Below, piece by piece: positions 62,222 through 64,000 of a stretch of DNA of 64,000 nt. The stretch's first letter is position 1, and each line of letters starts with the position of its first letter. Position numbers and translations under genes: made by a program. The stretch is from Chloroflexota bacterium. Lineage in GTDB: Bacteria > Chloroflexota > Limnocylindria > Limnocylindrales > Limnocylindraceae. Under the pieces are notes generated by a model, which ran no database searches, had not been told where the DNA came from, and saw nothing but the letters and a program-made list of their open reading frames with translations. The stretch covers positions 3,344 to 67,343 of the forward strand of contig JBDLWN010000102.1 in NCBI GenBank assembly GCA_039804225.1. Reading direction: 5' to 3'.

Positions 62222-63216
62222 GCGCGCCCCCCAGTAAACGCAAATCGACGGATCAGCATACGTACCGCAAGGCTAATGATCGTCGTCAACAAGAAGAGTG
62301 AGAGACCCAGGGCGGCCATAGAGCCGATGGCCACTTCTCCCGAAGCTTCGGCGATATTAGACGCGATCTTACTGGCGACCGTTTGACCGGGTTGGAAGAG
62401 CGACGTAGGGACACCCTCCGCGTTACCGATCACCATGGTGACGGCAACAGTTTCGCCAATCGCACGACCTAGAGCGAGAAGTACACCGCCGATGAGGCCG
62501 ATGCGCGCCGTTGGGAGGATGACGTCGCGAATAACTTCCCATTTTGTGGCGCCCATGCCGATGTAGCCCTCGCGAAGCGAAATGGGCACGGAGCGAATGA
62601 ACTCTCGGCTCACGGCGACCACCATCGGCAAGATCATGATCGCCAGAAGAAATCCGGCGCGGAACACACTGTCCGCTGCAGGTGACTCGGGGTCCTCCGA
62701 GAGGAAGGGGATGAACCGTCCGAATGACAGCGCGATCCACCATTCAATAGTGTCTCGGAGTCGATCTGAAAGATCGCCCGCGGCCCACAGGCCGAAGACT
62801 ACGGATGGGATAGCAGCGATCAACTCGACGACAAAAGTGAGTGGTGCAGAGATTCGTGGCGGAGCGAACTCCACGAGGTAGATCGCAGCAAGGATGCCGA
62901 TCGGTGCTGCGAACAGCACGGCAATCAGGCTGGTCGCGGCCGTTCCAAAGAGGGCGCCAAACGCGCCGTAAAGGGCGTCAACGACCTGGCCGTTCTCATC
63001 AATTGTGCCCGTGGACCAGGTTGCGCTGGTCAGAAAGTCAACTGGGCTCTGAATCGCCCAGAGGGGATTGCTATAGCCGACAAACGCAACGATCAAGCCA
63101 GCAAGGGCGATGCCGAGGGCGAGGAGACCAGTTCCAGTGATGCGACGAAAAAGACTATCAGCCGATAACCCACCTGTTCGTTGTAACTCCAGCCCTGCCA
63201 TCTCCACTCCAATCAT
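62218..63216 (-). CDS. pstC: Phosphate ABC transporter permease PstC (second copy)
   Basis: PstC-type permease (LVEFAPPRISAPLTFVVELIAAIPSVVFGLW; EGYIGMGATKWEVI). Follows pstS. Confidence 0.85.
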   Translation of the reverse strand: MIGVEMAGLELQRTGGLSADSLFRRITGTGLLALGIALAGLIVAFVGYSNPLWAIQSPVDFLTSATWSTGTIDENGQVVDALYGAFGALFGTAATSLIAVLFAAPIGILAAIYLVEFAPPRISAPLTFVVELIAAIPSVVFGLWAAGDLSDRLRDTIEWWIALSFGRFIPFLSEDPESPAADSVFRAGFLLAIMILPMVVAVSREFIRSVPISLREGYIGMGATKWEVIRDVILPTARIGLIGGVLLALGRAIGETVAVTMVIGNAEGVPTSLFQPGQTVASKIASNIAEASGEVAIGSMAALGLSLFLLTTIISLAVRMLIRRFAFTGGRA

Positions 63217-63258
63217 TTGTCGAACTTTGTCGCCGATGAGGTCACCCCGTAGATGACT

Positions 63259-63289
63259 GGAGGGGCGGACGACGCTCGTCCACCCCTCC
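63259..63289 (-). promoter_or_regulatory. Intercistronic stem-loop between pstS and pstC of the second pst operon (14-bp stem, one G-U mismatch)
   Basis: GGAGGGGCGGACGA-CGC-TCGTCCACCCCTCC read from the sequence. Same position as the hairpin in the other pst operon. Confidence 0.45.
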
Positions 63290-63320
63290 AGAGGCCCGCG
63301 CTACGCGGGCATGTTCAAAC

Positions 63321-64000
63321 TTATGGCCAAACGGCGGTGCCTTCCCACTTGATCGTCCTCAGCTCCGCGATTGCTGTCGTCCTGACAGAGGCCGGGAGTG
63401 AAACGTAACCGCGAGCGAGGTACGTCGAAGTTTGTCCCGACGTCAGTGCCCAGTTCAAGAACGCTACAAGACCTTGGACCTGACCTTTGCCTACCGTAGC
63501 ACTGGTCGCTTCCTCAAAATTCTTGTAGAGCAGGAGCCACGAGTACCCAACGATTGGATACGACGAGGTGCCAGTTGCAAAGACTGGCTGAACGTAGCTG
63601 ACCGATGGGTTAATCGGATCTTGACCAGCCACAGCCGCATGTGCAGTTAGCGCTGCAACTGCACCGGCTGATGTCGGCACCAGATAATTGAACTTGCCCC
63701 TGTTTACGCCGCTCGTGAACTTACTCTTCGTCTCGAGAGCTGCGGACTTCAGCCCGTACTTGCTTGCAAACGAACTCTCAACGTACGAGATCGTGCCAGT
63801 CGTTGCCTTAACATACGGCGCGATGCCGCCATTGCCGCTCTTGCCCAAGATGGGAGCAGCACCATTTGCAGCTCGGATCCCAGCAAAGTACGTGCCCGGA
63901 GCAGTGTTTACTGGCACGAAGTCCGTAGCGGATGCTGGAGAGTCATTGAAATTCTCCTCTGTGTTAGAGGTGAATTGGCTGTGCATTCCACACTGCTTCT
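63321..64000 (-). CDS. pstS: Phosphate-binding protein PstS (second copy), 5' end beyond the window
   Basis: C-terminal two-thirds of a PstS fold (..YPIVGYSWLLLYKN.., LNWALTSGQ). The reading frame stays open to the window edge with no in-frame stop. Confidence 0.8.
   Translation of the reverse strand, partial: KQCGMHSQFTSNTEENFNDSPASATDFVPVNTAPGTYFAGIRAANGAAPILGKSGNGGIAPYVKATTGTISYVESSFASKYGLKSAALETKSKFTSGVNRGKFNYLVPTSAGAVAALTAHAAVAGQDPINPSVSYVQPVFATGTSSYPIVGYSWLLLYKNFEEATSATVGKGQVQGLVAFLNWALTSGQTSTYLARGYVSLPASVRTTAIAELRTIKWEGTAVWP

Overview
This is a high-GC (roughly 65-70%) Actinobacteria-like chromosomal segment that is almost entirely coding. Most of it is conserved housekeeping. Features below are in window order.

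- Regulators and envelope genes at the start: a PucR-family regulator, a lone ResB-like cytochrome c biogenesis protein, an Lrp/AsnC regulator, a secreted repeat protein, a beta-carbonic anhydrase, tRNA-Pro(TGG), an LCP-family protein and an alpha/beta hydrolase.
- A long minus-strand housekeeping run: rdgB, rph, a mazG-family gene, a parvulin PPIase, mreC, mreB, radC, a CPBP protease, a UPF0182 membrane protein, guaA, a guaB3-like gene, tmk, an R3H-type AAA ATPase, pdxT and pdxS. A Wzm/Wzt-type ABC-2 exporter pair on the plus strand interrupts this run between the PPIase and mreC.
- Further conserved genes: an HNH nuclease, cca, galE, rsfS, nadD, obg, a LysM/M23 peptidase, rho, fsa-like aldolase, pyrG, an EamA transporter and a three-gene ABC-2 efflux system.
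- A plus-strand pentose-phosphate supercluster: tkt, rpiB, pgi, a short gnd, zwf, opcA, pgl and a GT-C-like membrane protein.
- Two tandem pstSCAB phosphate-uptake operons separated by a translationally coupled lipoprotein gene.

The most unusual element is a compact, translationally coupled three-gene operon between the pentose-phosphate cluster and the pst operons. It encodes a TasA/camelysin-like secreted protein with a SipW-cognate-type signal peptide, a SipW-like (archaeal/ER-type) signal peptidase I with a roughly 150 aa C-terminal extension, and a LamG/concanavalin-like secreted protein. It resembles the Bacillus tapA-sipW-tasA fibre module but differs in gene order and partner protein, and it sits in a lineage that also carries mreB.

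No transposases, integrases or CRISPR arrays were seen. Several GC-rich intercistronic hairpins were found: between pstS and pstC in both pst operons, after pstB, and after fsa. Many long antisense ORFs overlap well-supported genes; these are GC-frame artefacts and are listed under rejected items.
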